Translations under genes and position numbers: made by a program
Shown: positions 16,743 to 26,016 of the stretch, one piece after another
How the letters are laid out: each line of letters starts with the position of its first letter
Numbering within the stretch: the first letter of the stretch is position 1
Notes under the pieces: model-generated
The model's database searches: none
Told to the model about the DNA's origin: nothing
What the model saw: only the letters and a program-made list of their open reading frames with translations
Assembly (NCBI RefSeq): GCF_002310835.1
Contig: NZ_CP011041.1
Location: 2,430,001-2,462,000 of the forward strand
Origin: Pseudoalteromonas tetraodonis
GTDB lineage: Bacteria; Pseudomonadota; Gammaproteobacteria; Enterobacterales; Alteromonadaceae
Reading direction: 5' to 3'
DNA length: 32,000 nt

Positions 16743-17204
16743 TTAACTTTGCTCCTGATGTTTATTTTGTTTAATCAGCTTATTGAGCATCACTTCATCA
16801 GCGTCACTCCAGGTTTGTTTTACCGACGCTTTACGTTGGCGAATCACAATAAAGCCAAACCCAATTATTACGATGAGTACCGGAAGTACCCACAGTATTA
16901 ACGTGGCAGGTGTTACCGGTGGATCGTAATGAACAAAATAGCCATATCGATCAATCATGTAATCAATAACTTCATCTTTGGTTTTGCCATCTTTTACCAA
17001 CGCCAGCACTCGCTCGCGCAAGTCTTTTGCGACAACGGCATCAGAGTCAGCAATATTCTGATTTTGACACTTCGGGCAACGTAATTCTTTTGTTAGCTCT
17101 TCAAAGCGAACAGCTTGCTCGTTGCTATCAAATTGATAACGGTCTTGCTGAGCAAACGCAGCTACACTAACAAACAAGCTAAGGGTTAATAAAAACAATC
17201 TCAT
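16743..17204 (-). CDS. ccmH: Cytochrome c-type biogenesis protein CcmH
   Basis: Signal peptide, LRCPKCQNQNIADSDA motif, and a C-terminal TM helix. A 4-nt overlap joins it to ccmG. Confidence 0.9.
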   Translation of the reverse strand: MRLFLLTLSLFVSVAAFAQQDRYQFDSNEQAVRFEELTKELRCPKCQNQNIADSDAVVAKDLRERVLALVKDGKTKDEVIDYMIDRYGYFVHYDPPVTPATLILWVLPVLIVIIGFGFIVIRQRKASVKQTWSDADEVMLNKLIKQNKHQEQS

Positions 17205-17773
17205 GGCTGCAGCTCCTGCATAATAGGCGCAAACTTAGCACGCCAAACTCGAGGGTTTATATCACCAGTGTGATGTAACAAAATGGTGCCATTTTTATCT
17301 ACTAAAAATGTCTCTGGTGCACCGGACACCCCTAAATCTAAAGACAATGAACGTTCTAAATCTAAAATATTAAATTGATAAGGGTCGCCCGCACGTGAAA
17401 GCATATTACTCACATCATCACGCAGCGCTTGCATATCAAATGGGCCATCAAAATCGGCGTCGTAACTTTGTACATAATACAAGCCGATAATTTTAACCCC
17501 TTGCTCGCGTAGCTTAGTTAAATAGCCAAGCTCAGCTAAACACGTCGGACACCATGTGCCCCATACGTTTAGTAAATACACGTCACCCTTTAGCTGCTCA
17601 TCAGTCCAACGTTTATCGTCTTGCATTAAATCAGGTAAATTAAACGCAGGCACCGTTTGACCAATTCGCCCTGTTTGTATTTCCCGCGGGTTGGCAAATA
17701 ACCCTTGGTATAAAAACACACAAATAAAGATAAAAATTAATAAAGGGGCAATTGCGATAAGTTTACGGTTCAT
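17201..17773 (-). CDS. ccmG: Thiol:disulfide interchange protein CcmG/DsbE
   Basis: N-terminal membrane anchor and a thioredoxin fold with WGTWCPTC and GAPETFLVD motifs. Confidence 0.92.
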   Translation of the reverse strand: MNRKLIAIAPLLIFIFICVFLYQGLFANPREIQTGRIGQTVPAFNLPDLMQDDKRWTDEQLKGDVYLLNVWGTWCPTCLAELGYLTKLREQGVKIIGLYYVQSYDADFDGPFDMQALRDDVSNMLSRAGDPYQFNILDLERSLSLDLGVSGAPETFLVDKNGTILLHHTGDINPRVWRAKFAPIMQELQP

Positions 17774-19731
17774 ACTGCCCCCTCTATTTCATCTTTTCGC
17801 GGTGAGGCGCGATAGCGCTTATCGAATAAAATCACAAAACCAGCGAGTGAGATCAGAATACCGCCAATCCACATCCAACGTACAAACGGCTTATGGTAAA
17901 TGCGTAATGACCATGCCCCTTCACTTAGTTGCTCACCAAGCGCAAGATATAAATCACGAGTGAATCCGGCATCAATAGCGGCTTCGGTCATAAATTGCAT
18001 ACCAATATCGTAACGACGCTTTTCTGCATATAAACGCGTTACAGTGTCATTCCCTTTTAATACCGTCACGACACCAGCATGACCACTGTAGTTTGCACCA
18101 CGAATAGTCTTCACACCTTCAAAGCGGTATTGATACTGGTTAAGCTGCACGATATCGCCTTGCTTCATCGATACATCACGCTCAACTGAATACGCCGAGG
18201 TGAGTGTAATGCCCGCTATAACGAAGGCTAAACCAACATGCCCCAGCACCATTGCCCAATAGCTTAAACCTAAACGCTTTATACCGAGCTTAAGCGAGCC
18301 ATGAACCGCTGCTTTGGTATATAAATCAATAAAAGTGGCAATAAATATCCATACACCTAGCGTGGTTGCTAAAAGTGTTAATGGAGTCACTACCTCATAG
18401 CTACTAAATAACCATGCGCAGGTAATGATAATACTGACTAATGCGCCTACAAATATTTTATTTTGTAAAAAGGCCCACTTATTTTGCTTCCAACGCAGGA
18501 AAGGTCCAATGCCCATTAAAATAGCAAATGGCACCAGTAAAATAGCAAACATTTTATTAAAGAAAGGTTCGCCAATTGAAATACTGCCTAGCCCCATTTC
18601 CTTGTGCACCATAGGTAATAATGTACCTAACAGTACAATTAACGTAGCAACCACTAAGAAAATATTGTTTAACCAAAGTGCCACTTCACGCGATACAAAT
18701 TTATAACGCCCTTCACTTTTAACTTGTGAGACACGCAAGCCATATAACGCTAAACCGCCGCCAACAACTACGGCCAAAAAGCCAAGAATAAATAAGCCAC
18801 GATCAGGGTCTGTTGCAAAGGCATGCACCGAAACAATAATTCCTGAGCGAACGATAAAGGTGCCTAGTAAACTTAATGAAAATGCCGCAATAGCCAGTAA
18901 CACTGTCCATGATTTAAATACGCCACGTTTTTCAGTCACACTTAAAGAGTGCAGTAACGCGGTTGCGACTAACCATGGCATGAGTGATGCATTTTCAACA
19001 GGATCCCAGAACCACCAGCCGCCCCAGCCTAGCTCTGAATAGGCCCACCAACTACCTATGGTGATACCTAAGGTTAAAAAGCCCCATGCCGTCATTGTCC
19101 ATGGGCGTGACCATTTTGCCCAGGTGTTATCAAGCTTGCCGGTTAACAACGCGGCAATAGCAAAGGCAAAAGCAACAGAAAGACCGACATACCCCATATA
19201 AAGTAATGGAGGGTGAATGATCATCCCCGGGTCTTGTAATAATGGATTTAAATCGCGTCCCTCAACAGGGAAATAGGGCAGTAAACGTTCAAACGGACTT
19301 GAAAGTAGCAAGGTGTACATCATAAATCCGACACCTAAAAAACCAAGCACACCTAATACACGAGCACGAAGTACCCAAGGCAGTGACTTTGAACGCAAAG
19401 CAACAACGGCGGTCCAACCGGCCTGCATTAATAACCACAGTAAAATAGCGCCTTCATGGCCACCCCATGTTGAGGTTATTTTATAATACCAAGGCAAGGT
19501 GCTACTTGAGTGATACGCTACATAAGATACGGTAAAATCATCGGTTAAGCTGGCATAAATAAGCGCAGCAAAAGACAAAGCAACAAATGCAAACTGACCA
19601 ATAGCAAGTGATGGCGCAGCGCGCATCAAACGAAGGTTTCCTGTGTGTGCACCCCAAAGTGGGAAAATACACAACAGAATACTCAGTACCATGGCCAATG
19701 TTAGGGAAAAATAACCAAGTTCTGGGATCAT
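17770..19731 (-). CDS. ccmF: Cytochrome c heme lyase subunit CcmF
   Basis: Polytopic protein with the Trp-rich motif WGGWWFWDPVENASLMPW. The ORF track starts at GTG 19743. The ATG at 19731 (MIPELG, as in E. coli MMPEIG), preceded by GGGAG, is preferred and lies 1 nt after the ccmE stop. Confidence 0.93.
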   Translation of the reverse strand: MIPELGYFSLTLAMVLSILLCIFPLWGAHTGNLRLMRAAPSLAIGQFAFVALSFAALIYASLTDDFTVSYVAYHSSSTLPWYYKITSTWGGHEGAILLWLLMQAGWTAVVALRSKSLPWVLRARVLGVLGFLGVGFMMYTLLLSSPFERLLPYFPVEGRDLNPLLQDPGMIIHPPLLYMGYVGLSVAFAFAIAALLTGKLDNTWAKWSRPWTMTAWGFLTLGITIGSWWAYSELGWGGWWFWDPVENASLMPWLVATALLHSLSVTEKRGVFKSWTVLLAIAAFSLSLLGTFIVRSGIIVSVHAFATDPDRGLFILGFLAVVVGGGLALYGLRVSQVKSEGRYKFVSREVALWLNNIFLVVATLIVLLGTLLPMVHKEMGLGSISIGEPFFNKMFAILLVPFAILMGIGPFLRWKQNKWAFLQNKIFVGALVSIIITCAWLFSSYEVVTPLTLLATTLGVWIFIATFIDLYTKAAVHGSLKLGIKRLGLSYWAMVLGHVGLAFVIAGITLTSAYSVERDVSMKQGDIVQLNQYQYRFEGVKTIRGANYSGHAGVVTVLKGNDTVTRLYAEKRRYDIGMQFMTEAAIDAGFTRDLYLALGEQLSEGAWSLRIYHKPFVRWMWIGGILISLAGFVILFDKRYRASPRKDEIEGAV

Positions 19732-19732
19732 A

Positions 19733-20212
19733 TTAGCTCCCACTATCTAAATTGTATTTTGGTTTCTCGTGCTTAATTCCTTTTACTGCCTCGGCAACCT
19801 CGGCTGGCATATATTCTTCATCATGTTTAGCCAGTACTTCAAACGCTTCAATGACGTTAGGTTCAACTAGTACACCTTGTGCAACAATTCCTTGCCCTTC
19901 ACGAAATAGATCAGGCAAAATTCCTTGATAACGCACCGTGACCAATGGGCCAGTATCAATCAACTTAAAGCTTACCTGTAAGCTTTGCTCATTTCTTTGT
20001 ACTGTACCAGGGACAACCATACCGCCAATGCGGAGCTTTTGTCCTATATGAGGCTTTTCTTTATTCGGGCCTTTACCATCAATTAATTCACTGGGGGTGT
20101 AAAACAAATTAATGTTTTCTTGTAAGGCGTACAACACTAAACCAATTGATCCACCAATACCAAAGAGTACGGCAATAATAACCAAAAGGCGTTTTTTACG
20201 TCTAGGGTTCAC
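19733..20212 (-). CDS. ccmE: Heme chaperone CcmE
   Basis: N-terminal anchor, an OB-fold region, and the heme-binding histidine context [11 protein letters not shown]. Confidence 0.92.
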   Translation of the reverse strand: MNPRRKKRLLVIIAVLFGIGGSIGLVLYALQENINLFYTPSELIDGKGPNKEKPHIGQKLRIGGMVVPGTVQRNEQSLQVSFKLIDTGPLVTVRYQGILPDLFREGQGIVAQGVLVEPNVIEAFEVLAKHDEEYMPAEVAEAVKGIKHEKPKYNLDSGS

Positions 20213-20412
20213 GAGGTTTGCTCCTGCTTAGAATTTTTAATTCGAGTTTCACGCGCAATTTGCTGCTCTACCGACGCTAAAATTTGTTTTTTGTCGCGTA
20301 ACGAGCTAAATAAAATGCCTAATAAAATTAATGCGCATGTACCAAAAGAAAGCCATACATAAAAGCCATAGCCTCCCATTGCAATAAAATCTGAAAACGA
20401 GTCAAACTGCAT
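20209..20412 (-). CDS. ccmD: Heme exporter protein CcmD
   Basis: 67-aa single-TM protein ([23 protein letters not shown]) positioned between ccmC and ccmE, with a 4-nt overlap. Confidence 0.85.
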   Translation of the reverse strand: MQFDSFSDFIAMGGYGFYVWLSFGTCALILLGILFSSLRDKKQILASVEQQIARETRIKNSKQEQTS

Positions 20413-20414
20413 AA

Positions 20415-21152
20415 TTACCCCTTAGTTAACAACTGTCGCACCCATGGGCGGTGCTTTTCACGGTGTAAAATTTCATTTTTAAGACGAATTAAAGTCACAG
20501 TACCAACAAACGCGGCAAAGGCTAAAATATTAATCATTAACGGCCAAAACATACTTGGATCTACCGCGTCGCGGTTAAACTTAGTGATGCTTGCCCCTTG
20601 ATGCAGGGTATTCCACCATTCCACCGAAAAGTGAATGATAGGCAAGTTAATAACCCCAACAATAGCTAAAATAGACGCGGCGCGACCGGCTGATTTTTTA
20701 TCTTCAAAGGCATGGTACAAAGACAACACCCCTAGATATAAAAATAACAAAATAAGTTCAGAGGTCAGTCTTGCATCCCATACCCACCAAGCACCCCACA
20801 TAGGTTTACCCCACGCAGCACCGGTGATTAAGGCTATTGCGGTCATGCAGGCACCTACGGGTGCTATTGCAATCACCGCAAGCTCTGCATTGCGTAATTG
20901 CCATACAAGCGCAACAATGGCAGCAATCGCCATTGATGAATAGGCGCCCATAGATAAAATAGCGGAGGGCACGTGAATAAAAATAATACGGTAACTGTCT
21001 TTTTGTTGGTAATCGGCAGGAGCAAAACCTAATCCCCATACCCAACCAACAACCATACTAATAACCGTTACTACTGCAAAATATGGCAGTAGAGTATTGC
21101 ATAATTGATATGCTCGCTCTGCTTTCGCATACGGATGTAACCACTTCCACAT
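20415..21152 (-). CDS. ccmC: Heme exporter/heme-handling protein CcmC
   Basis: Six TM helices and the WWD motif WGKPMWGAWWVWDARLTSE. Confidence 0.93.
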   Translation of the reverse strand: MWKWLHPYAKAERAYQLCNTLLPYFAVVTVISMVVGWVWGLGFAPADYQQKDSYRIIFIHVPSAILSMGAYSSMAIAAIVALVWQLRNAELAVIAIAPVGACMTAIALITGAAWGKPMWGAWWVWDARLTSELILLFLYLGVLSLYHAFEDKKSAGRAASILAIVGVINLPIIHFSVEWWNTLHQGASITKFNRDAVDPSMFWPLMINILAFAAFVGTVTLIRLKNEILHREKHRPWVRQLLTKG

Positions 21153-21153
21153 A

Positions 21154-21840
21154 TTAACTTACACTCACTTTTAATGCTGATGATATGGCAATTGGCGCAC
21201 TGATAGTCGCAACGACTAACATTGCACCAAGGATTGCAAGCTGACCACTGTAATCCAGCGACATAGTGCTGGTATCAATAGCGGAAGTTGCAAAAATTAA
21301 AACCGGAATATACAAAGGCAAAACGAGCAGACTCATTAAAATGCCGCCTTTTTGTAATCCCACAGTCAAGCCCGCCCCTATTGCGCCTATGAAGCTTAAT
21401 AAAGGCGTACCCAATAATAGCGTTAATAACGTAGCCATTAGGGCCGTCGTATCTAAATTTAGTAGTAAAGCAAATAAAGGAGTCATTAGCACTAACGGGA
21501 GGCCGGTGATCACCCAGTGTGCGGCTACTTTGCCCAGCACCGTTAATGATAAGGGGTATGACGAAGCAATGAGCTGCTCCAAAGAGCCGTCGTGGTAATC
21601 ATCTCTAAACAGTTTATCAAGGCCAAGCATGGTCGATAATAAAGCCGCAACCCAAATAATGCCCGGTGCCATCCTTGATAACAAGCCTGGCTCAGGCCCT
21701 ATGGCTAATGGAAACAGTGAGATAACAATTAAAAAAAACAAGATAGGATTAACTATTTCAGCGCGCTGACGAAAAGCGAGCTTAACGTCTTTGCTAAATA
21801 CCGCGACAAATAACTGCCAATATGAATGCTGTCGTGTCAT
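21154..21840 (-). CDS. ccmB: Heme exporter permease CcmB
   Basis: FRQRAEIVNPILFFLIVISLFPLAIGPEPGLLSRMAPGIIWVAALLSTML...FRDDYHDGSLEQL aligns with E. coli CcmB. Confidence 0.93.
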   Translation of the reverse strand: MTRQHSYWQLFVAVFSKDVKLAFRQRAEIVNPILFFLIVISLFPLAIGPEPGLLSRMAPGIIWVAALLSTMLGLDKLFRDDYHDGSLEQLIASSYPLSLTVLGKVAAHWVITGLPLVLMTPLFALLLNLDTTALMATLLTLLLGTPLLSFIGAIGAGLTVGLQKGGILMSLLVLPLYIPVLIFATSAIDTSTMSLDYSGQLAILGAMLVVATISAPIAISSALKVSVS

Positions 21841-22481
21841 TAGTGGCGGTACTCCAAAGTCAACGTTTGTAAGTCACTAAAGTGGGTGGTTAAATCTTGG
21901 TGTGTTGTTAACAAAATAGCGCCCCCCTTTGATAAGTGCTCAGTAAAACGTTGCTGTAAAAAGGCAACCCCGCTTTTATCTAGCGCCGTGAAAGGTTCAT
22001 CTAAAATCCATAACTTCGCTTCAGATAACCATAATCGAACGAGTGCCACCCGCCGCTGTTGACCCGCAGATAACATTCTTACAGGCACATCTTCCAGCCC
22101 CACTAAACCTAACTTACTTAATAAAGGGTATAAATCAGGAGTATCAACATAACCATTAATAGCCAACCAATGTGCTACATTTTCAAGTGCACTAAGTTGT
22201 ACGTTAACACCGGTTTTATGGCCTATAAATAATAAGTCTCTGGCATATTCATCATAATATTTTTTGATAGATTGATTTAGGTATAAAATATCACCTTCAT
22301 CCGGCAGCGAAAAACCAGCAATAATGCGCAATAATGATGTTTTACCAGCCCCATTAGGGCCAGCTAACTGCATGATTTGACCGCTTTTAAGGCTAAAATT
22401 AAGTTCATCAAACAAACAACGCTCTTGCTTGATACAAGTAACGGACTTAATGTGTAACAAGATGACGATTCTCTCTGCCAA
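21840..22481 (-). CDS. ccmA: Heme exporter ATP-binding protein CcmA
   Basis: Walker A GPNGAGKTS, ABC signature LSAGQQRR, Walker B LWILDEP. Only TTG starts are available (22481 or 22460), so the exact start is uncertain. Confidence 0.9.
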   Translation of the reverse strand: MAERIVILLHIKSVTCIKQERCLFDELNFSLKSGQIMQLAGPNGAGKTSLLRIIAGFSLPDEGDILYLNQSIKKYYDEYARDLLFIGHKTGVNVQLSALENVAHWLAINGYVDTPDLYPLLSKLGLVGLEDVPVRMLSAGQQRRVALVRLWLSEAKLWILDEPFTALDKSGVAFLQQRFTEHLSKGGAILLTTHQDLTTHFSDLQTLTLEYRH

Positions 22482-22573
22482 AAATTAGCCGTAAGTCTAC
22501 CATAATGATAGGGTAATACGAATATTGCTTTAGAATCGATTTACTTAAAATAAAGAAAACTTGATATAAAATA

Positions 22574-24739
22574 ATGAATACACCAACGCACATCACATTG
22601 TCTAACCCACAGGTTAGTAATCAAACAACTGATTCAGGTAAGGCTGCGTTAGCAACACTGCCACCTGAACTGCTGGCGGCAAAAAATATTCAGTTTTCTA
22701 AAGATTCAGTCACGCTTGATGTGTTTATGAATAAGCATTGGCAAACGATTCGCCTTGGGACAACTGAGACATTCACAAACGTTGAAAAAATAGCAAGCGC
22801 TAACATACAGTTAAGTGCAGATGGTAAAAGCTTAACCATCATCCCTAACAATACAACTTTAACAATTAAACAACCGGCTCAGTTGCAACGATTTTTAAAT
22901 TTTATAAACACCCAAAGTGATATTCAAAACAGTCCACTATCACTTCAGGTGGTATTACAACCCACACCAAAGTTGGTCATTGAAAAATTTAATGCCAGTA
23001 TTGCTATTAATAAACACGTTGCACAATTACTCGCAGATGAGCCTTTAATAAAGGGGATGATTGAAACGGATAGCAAAGGTACACGACTTAATATTATTAA
23101 CCGTTTTGCTGATATAGTGCATTCACAGCCAATAAACCAAGCCAAACTAACACAGTTGCTTGCCAGTAATTTAACCCCTGCTCAGCTTCATGCTATGCCT
23201 AAGTTTGCGGTATTAAGCCCAAACTCTTTTAAAGACTCATTAACTATTAACCTAAGTCATCGACAATTAAGTGAACTACCTACCATCCCGACTAAGGTAA
23301 ACATTACTCACCAAGCAGATAAATTACTGATCAAAACCGCTTATCACACTATGACTGTGAGCCTTAAAAACTCATTTAGTAAACCGTTTAATGAGATGCT
23401 CTCTTTGCAACAGTCGCAAGGCCTAATTGATCCCTCGCCAAGTAAACAGCATCCGCTCAGCACGATAAACAGTCCCATACAATCATGGTTAAAAAGCAGT
23501 TTTGCTGATTTTAAAACACGTATTTTAGATGCGGTAAAGTACTTTGAAAGCAAGCCATTTACGACTTCCTTAAGCTCATCTCAAAAACCAGAATTTACTG
23601 GCAATGATCAGCAAAAATGGCTCACCTCAATGCAAAAAATTGACATCACACAATTAAAAAACGTGTCAAATTTAGCGCCGCCCCTAATGCAATTTACCCA
23701 GCAAATAAAATCAAGCGTTTCTATGTGGCAACAACAACCGTTAGTAGCACATACTTTATCTCCTTTAGTGAGTCCTTTTTCATCCCCACCAACTAACGCA
23801 GTTACATTTGGTCAGAGCTTACAGCCTTTAGAAAAACTCTTATTAGCGACGGTTATAAAACACAGTCCAATCACCTCAATAGAAAAAAAAGATGCGACCA
23901 ACCAAATAATAAGCAGCCAACTTAATACCATTACAAGCAAACTGACTGATCAAGGAACCGATTTAAACCGTTTAGTTAATCAGGCTTTTAATCGCATGTT
24001 GTCAGATACTAATTTACACCCAGCAACCATACAGCGCGAAATACTCAGCACCATAAAGCCCACACAACTTCAAAGCGACATCTTACAAAGCTCGTTTAAT
24101 AGAGGTGTTGAACAGCTTTCATTAAGCATTTTAGCCGCGCCTATCATTAACCAAAATCCAAGTGCGGTGAGTATTAATAATCAAACGGGTTTAGAAGCTT
24201 TACTGCAGGTTTTATTACCGACGTTTAAAGTGGGTAATAGCGCCAATAAATTGTTGGAACAATTACAGCAACCACAAGTACAAGCATTAGCAGGTGAATT
24301 AACCCAAATTAAAAATACATTAAGTCAAGTACAAACGCCTGCTATTAGCCAACAACCTGACACAAACGCCTTAGTGCAATTTTTATTACCGATGAAGCTG
24401 CCTGCTGAAGCGGCGCAAACAGAAATAACTTTAGGGCAGTATAAAAAGCACAGTAGCGGTAAACTAGCGGATAAAAATGTCTGGTTTGTTAGGCTCAACT
24501 TTGATTATGCCGAGCTGGGTAAGCTACAAATAATCGCAGAACTCATGGATAAAGCTTTAGATTGTCAGTTGTTAGCCTCAACCCAAGCGGTGAGCGCTTT
24601 AGCTCATCCACATCTTGATAATTTACGCTCAAAACTGGCAAAACAAGGCTTACAAGTGGGTGAGCTTAAACTAAAACGAGCGGATGACAACCATCAAGCA
24701 TTTTACCAATCGCATGCCATTATTAATATTAAGGTTTAG
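22574..24739 (+). CDS. FliK-like protein: long Q/S/T/N-rich region plus a C-terminal Flg_hook (hook-length control) type domain
   Basis: About 600 aa are polar and low in hydrophobic content. The C-terminal region is then VWFVRLNFDYAELGKLQIIAELMDKALDCQLLASTQAVSALAHPHLDNLRSKLAKQGLQVGELKLK. This fits the FliK C-domain pattern (L.P.ELG.l.v.l.....l.v.f.a......L...l..Lr..L...Gl.l). The assignment is by eye, not by HMM. Confidence 0.6.
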   Translation: MNTPTHITLSNPQVSNQTTDSGKAALATLPPELLAAKNIQFSKDSVTLDVFMNKHWQTIRLGTTETFTNVEKIASANIQLSADGKSLTIIPNNTTLTIKQPAQLQRFLNFINTQSDIQNSPLSLQVVLQPTPKLVIEKFNASIAINKHVAQLLADEPLIKGMIETDSKGTRLNIINRFADIVHSQPINQAKLTQLLASNLTPAQLHAMPKFAVLSPNSFKDSLTINLSHRQLSELPTIPTKVNITHQADKLLIKTAYHTMTVSLKNSFSKPFNEMLSLQQSQGLIDPSPSKQHPLSTINSPIQSWLKSSFADFKTRILDAVKYFESKPFTTSLSSSQKPEFTGNDQQKWLTSMQKIDITQLKNVSNLAPPLMQFTQQIKSSVSMWQQQPLVAHTLSPLVSPFSSPPTNAVTFGQSLQPLEKLLLATVIKHSPITSIEKKDATNQIISSQLNTITSKLTDQGTDLNRLVNQAFNRMLSDTNLHPATIQREILSTIKPTQLQSDILQSSFNRGVEQLSLSILAAPIINQNPSAVSINNQTGLEALLQVLLPTFKVGNSANKLLEQLQQPQVQALAGELTQIKNTLSQVQTPAISQQPDTNALVQFLLPMKLPAEAAQTEITLGQYKKHSSGKLADKNVWFVRLNFDYAELGKLQIIAELMDKALDCQLLASTQAVSALAHPHLDNLRSKLAKQGLQVGELKLKRADDNHQAFYQSHAIINIKV

Positions 24740-24741
24740 CC

Positions 24742-25050
24742 ATGACTGAGTCATCAAAAAGCAATTCAGCAATTGGACTACTCTACGAGGCAGGACATTC
24801 ACCCATTGTAAGTGCTAAAGGGTTTGGTGAACTGGCGGATGAAATTATTGCCCTAGCCAAAGAAAAAGGAATTTTAATCCATCAAGATGAAGCACTTGCA
24901 AATACGCTATCGAAATTAGACCTCGCAGAAGAGCTCCCCAAAGAGTTGTACTTTGTTATTGCTGAGCTCATTGCGTTTTCATACGTGGTTAGAGGAAAGT
25001 TTCCGCCTGGTTGGCAAGACTTTCAGGGAAAACTAAATATAAAAGCATAA
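24742..25050 (+). CDS. Free-standing FlhB/YscU C-terminal (post-NPTH) domain protein, EscU/YscU/HrcU switch family
   Basis: IVSAKGFGELADEIIALAKEKGILIHQDEALANTL....ELPKELYFVIAELIAFSYVV aligns with FlhB-C (KVVAKGAG.A..IREIA.EH.IP..E.PPLARALY....IP..LY.AVAEVLA.V). It has no TM region and no NPTH motif. The ATG lies 2 nt after the upstream stop. Confidence 0.65.
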   Translation: MTESSKSNSAIGLLYEAGHSPIVSAKGFGELADEIIALAKEKGILIHQDEALANTLSKLDLAEELPKELYFVIAELIAFSYVVRGKFPPGWQDFQGKLNIKA

Positions 25051-25065
25051 CGCAGTGTTATAAAA

Positions 25066-25092
25066 GCAAAAAAGGCGCTAAGCGCCTTTTTG
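25066..25092. terminator. Bidirectional terminator between the FlhB-C-like gene and the che operon end
   Basis: AAAAAAGGCGC TAA GCGCCTTTTT overlapping the stop of the minus-strand gene. Confidence 0.75.
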
Positions 25093-25479
25093 TTTGTGTA
25101 ATGAAAACAACAGTTCAGCCTCGGCGCGGGGTAATTCACATTCGCGAATAACCTCATCTAAATCAGCACCTAACTCAACCATTTTTACCGCACGAGAGTA
25201 TATTTTAGCATCGGGGTCATCGTATTTTTGAGCTGCTTGTTGCTGTATCAGCTCTTGGTTTTGTTGTTCTACCTCAAGCACACGCTTACCAATACTCAGT
25301 AAACCGGTTCGCAACTCAGACACTTCGCTACGTAAAATATTAATCTGCTCTGATGAATCTTTAAACTGTTGTAATTGCGCGCCAAGCTCACTCGCATAGC
25401 GCTTTTTGAACATCACAATTAAAATCAGCGAGAATAGTCCAAAAACTAAACCCGCAATAGCAATACCAAGTAATAACAT
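25078..25479 (-). CDS. Membrane-anchored coiled-coil protein, DUF2802-like, last gene of the che operon
   Basis: N-terminal TM helix (LLLGIAIAGLVFGLFSLILIVMF), a Q/E/L-rich coiled-coil segment, and a C-terminal GADLDEVIRECELPRAEAELLFSLH helix pair. It occupies the position taken by DUF2802 proteins after cheW in Pseudomonas and Vibrio clusters (from memory). Confidence 0.5.
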   Translation of the reverse strand: MLLLGIAIAGLVFGLFSLILIVMFKKRYASELGAQLQQFKDSSEQINILRSEVSELRTGLLSIGKRVLEVEQQNQELIQQQAAQKYDDPDAKIYSRAVKMVELGADLDEVIRECELPRAEAELLFSLHKQKGA

Positions 25480-25497
25480 AGTTTTATGTAGAGAAGC

Positions 25498-25995
25498 TTA
25501 TATATCGCTTAACTCATCCCATTCGTCATCACTAAGTAGTTTATTTAAATCAACCAGAATAAGTAACTCATTGTCGCGGTTACATACACCTTGAATAAAT
25601 TTAGCACTTTCCTCTGTACCTACATTTGGCGCACTGTCAATTTCAGAGCTACGTAGGTAAACAACCTCAGAAACGCTATCGGCTAAAATGCCAATCACTT
25701 GCTCTTCTGCTTCAATAATTAAAATACGTGAATTATCCGTCGCTTCAATATCAGGTAAACCAAAACGAGAGCGAGTATCAATAACGGTAACAACATTACC
25801 ACGTAAGTTAATAATACCAATCACATACGAAGGCGCACCTGGTACAGGAGCAATCTCGGTGTAACGCAGTATTTCTTGCACTTGCATTACATTTACGCCA
25901 TAAGTTTCATCTTCTAGCTTGAACGTAACCCACTGCAAAATCTCATCATTATTATCTGCATTTTTCTTAGCTGACAGTAATTTATCTTCACTCAT
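25498..25995 (-). CDS. cheW: Chemotaxis coupling protein CheW
   Basis: 165-aa single CheW domain: QWVTFKLEDETYGVNVMQVQEILRYTEIAPVPGAPSYVIGIINLRGNVVTVIDTR..FG. Confidence 0.93.
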   Translation of the reverse strand: MSEDKLLSAKKNADNNDEILQWVTFKLEDETYGVNVMQVQEILRYTEIAPVPGAPSYVIGIINLRGNVVTVIDTRSRFGLPDIEATDNSRILIIEAEEQVIGILADSVSEVVYLRSSEIDSAPNVGTEESAKFIQGVCNRDNELLILVDLNKLLSDDEWDELSDI

Positions 25996-26016
25996 GCTCT
26001 TACCTCGTAATGGTCA

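Noticed and set aside
17483-17490. GCCGATAA, a sigma-28 (FliA) -10-like octamer
   Set aside because: It lies inside ccmG on the non-coding strand, with no matching TAAAG-type -35 at the right distance and no downstream plus-strand gene. It is a chance occurrence.
20806-21045. Cys-rich 79-aa ORF on the same strand as ccmC but in another frame
   Set aside because: It lies entirely within the conserved CcmC frame, which carries the WWD motif. The Cys richness is a frame-shift reading of the Trp/Ala/Gly-rich codons. It has no Shine-Dalgarno sequence and no known family.
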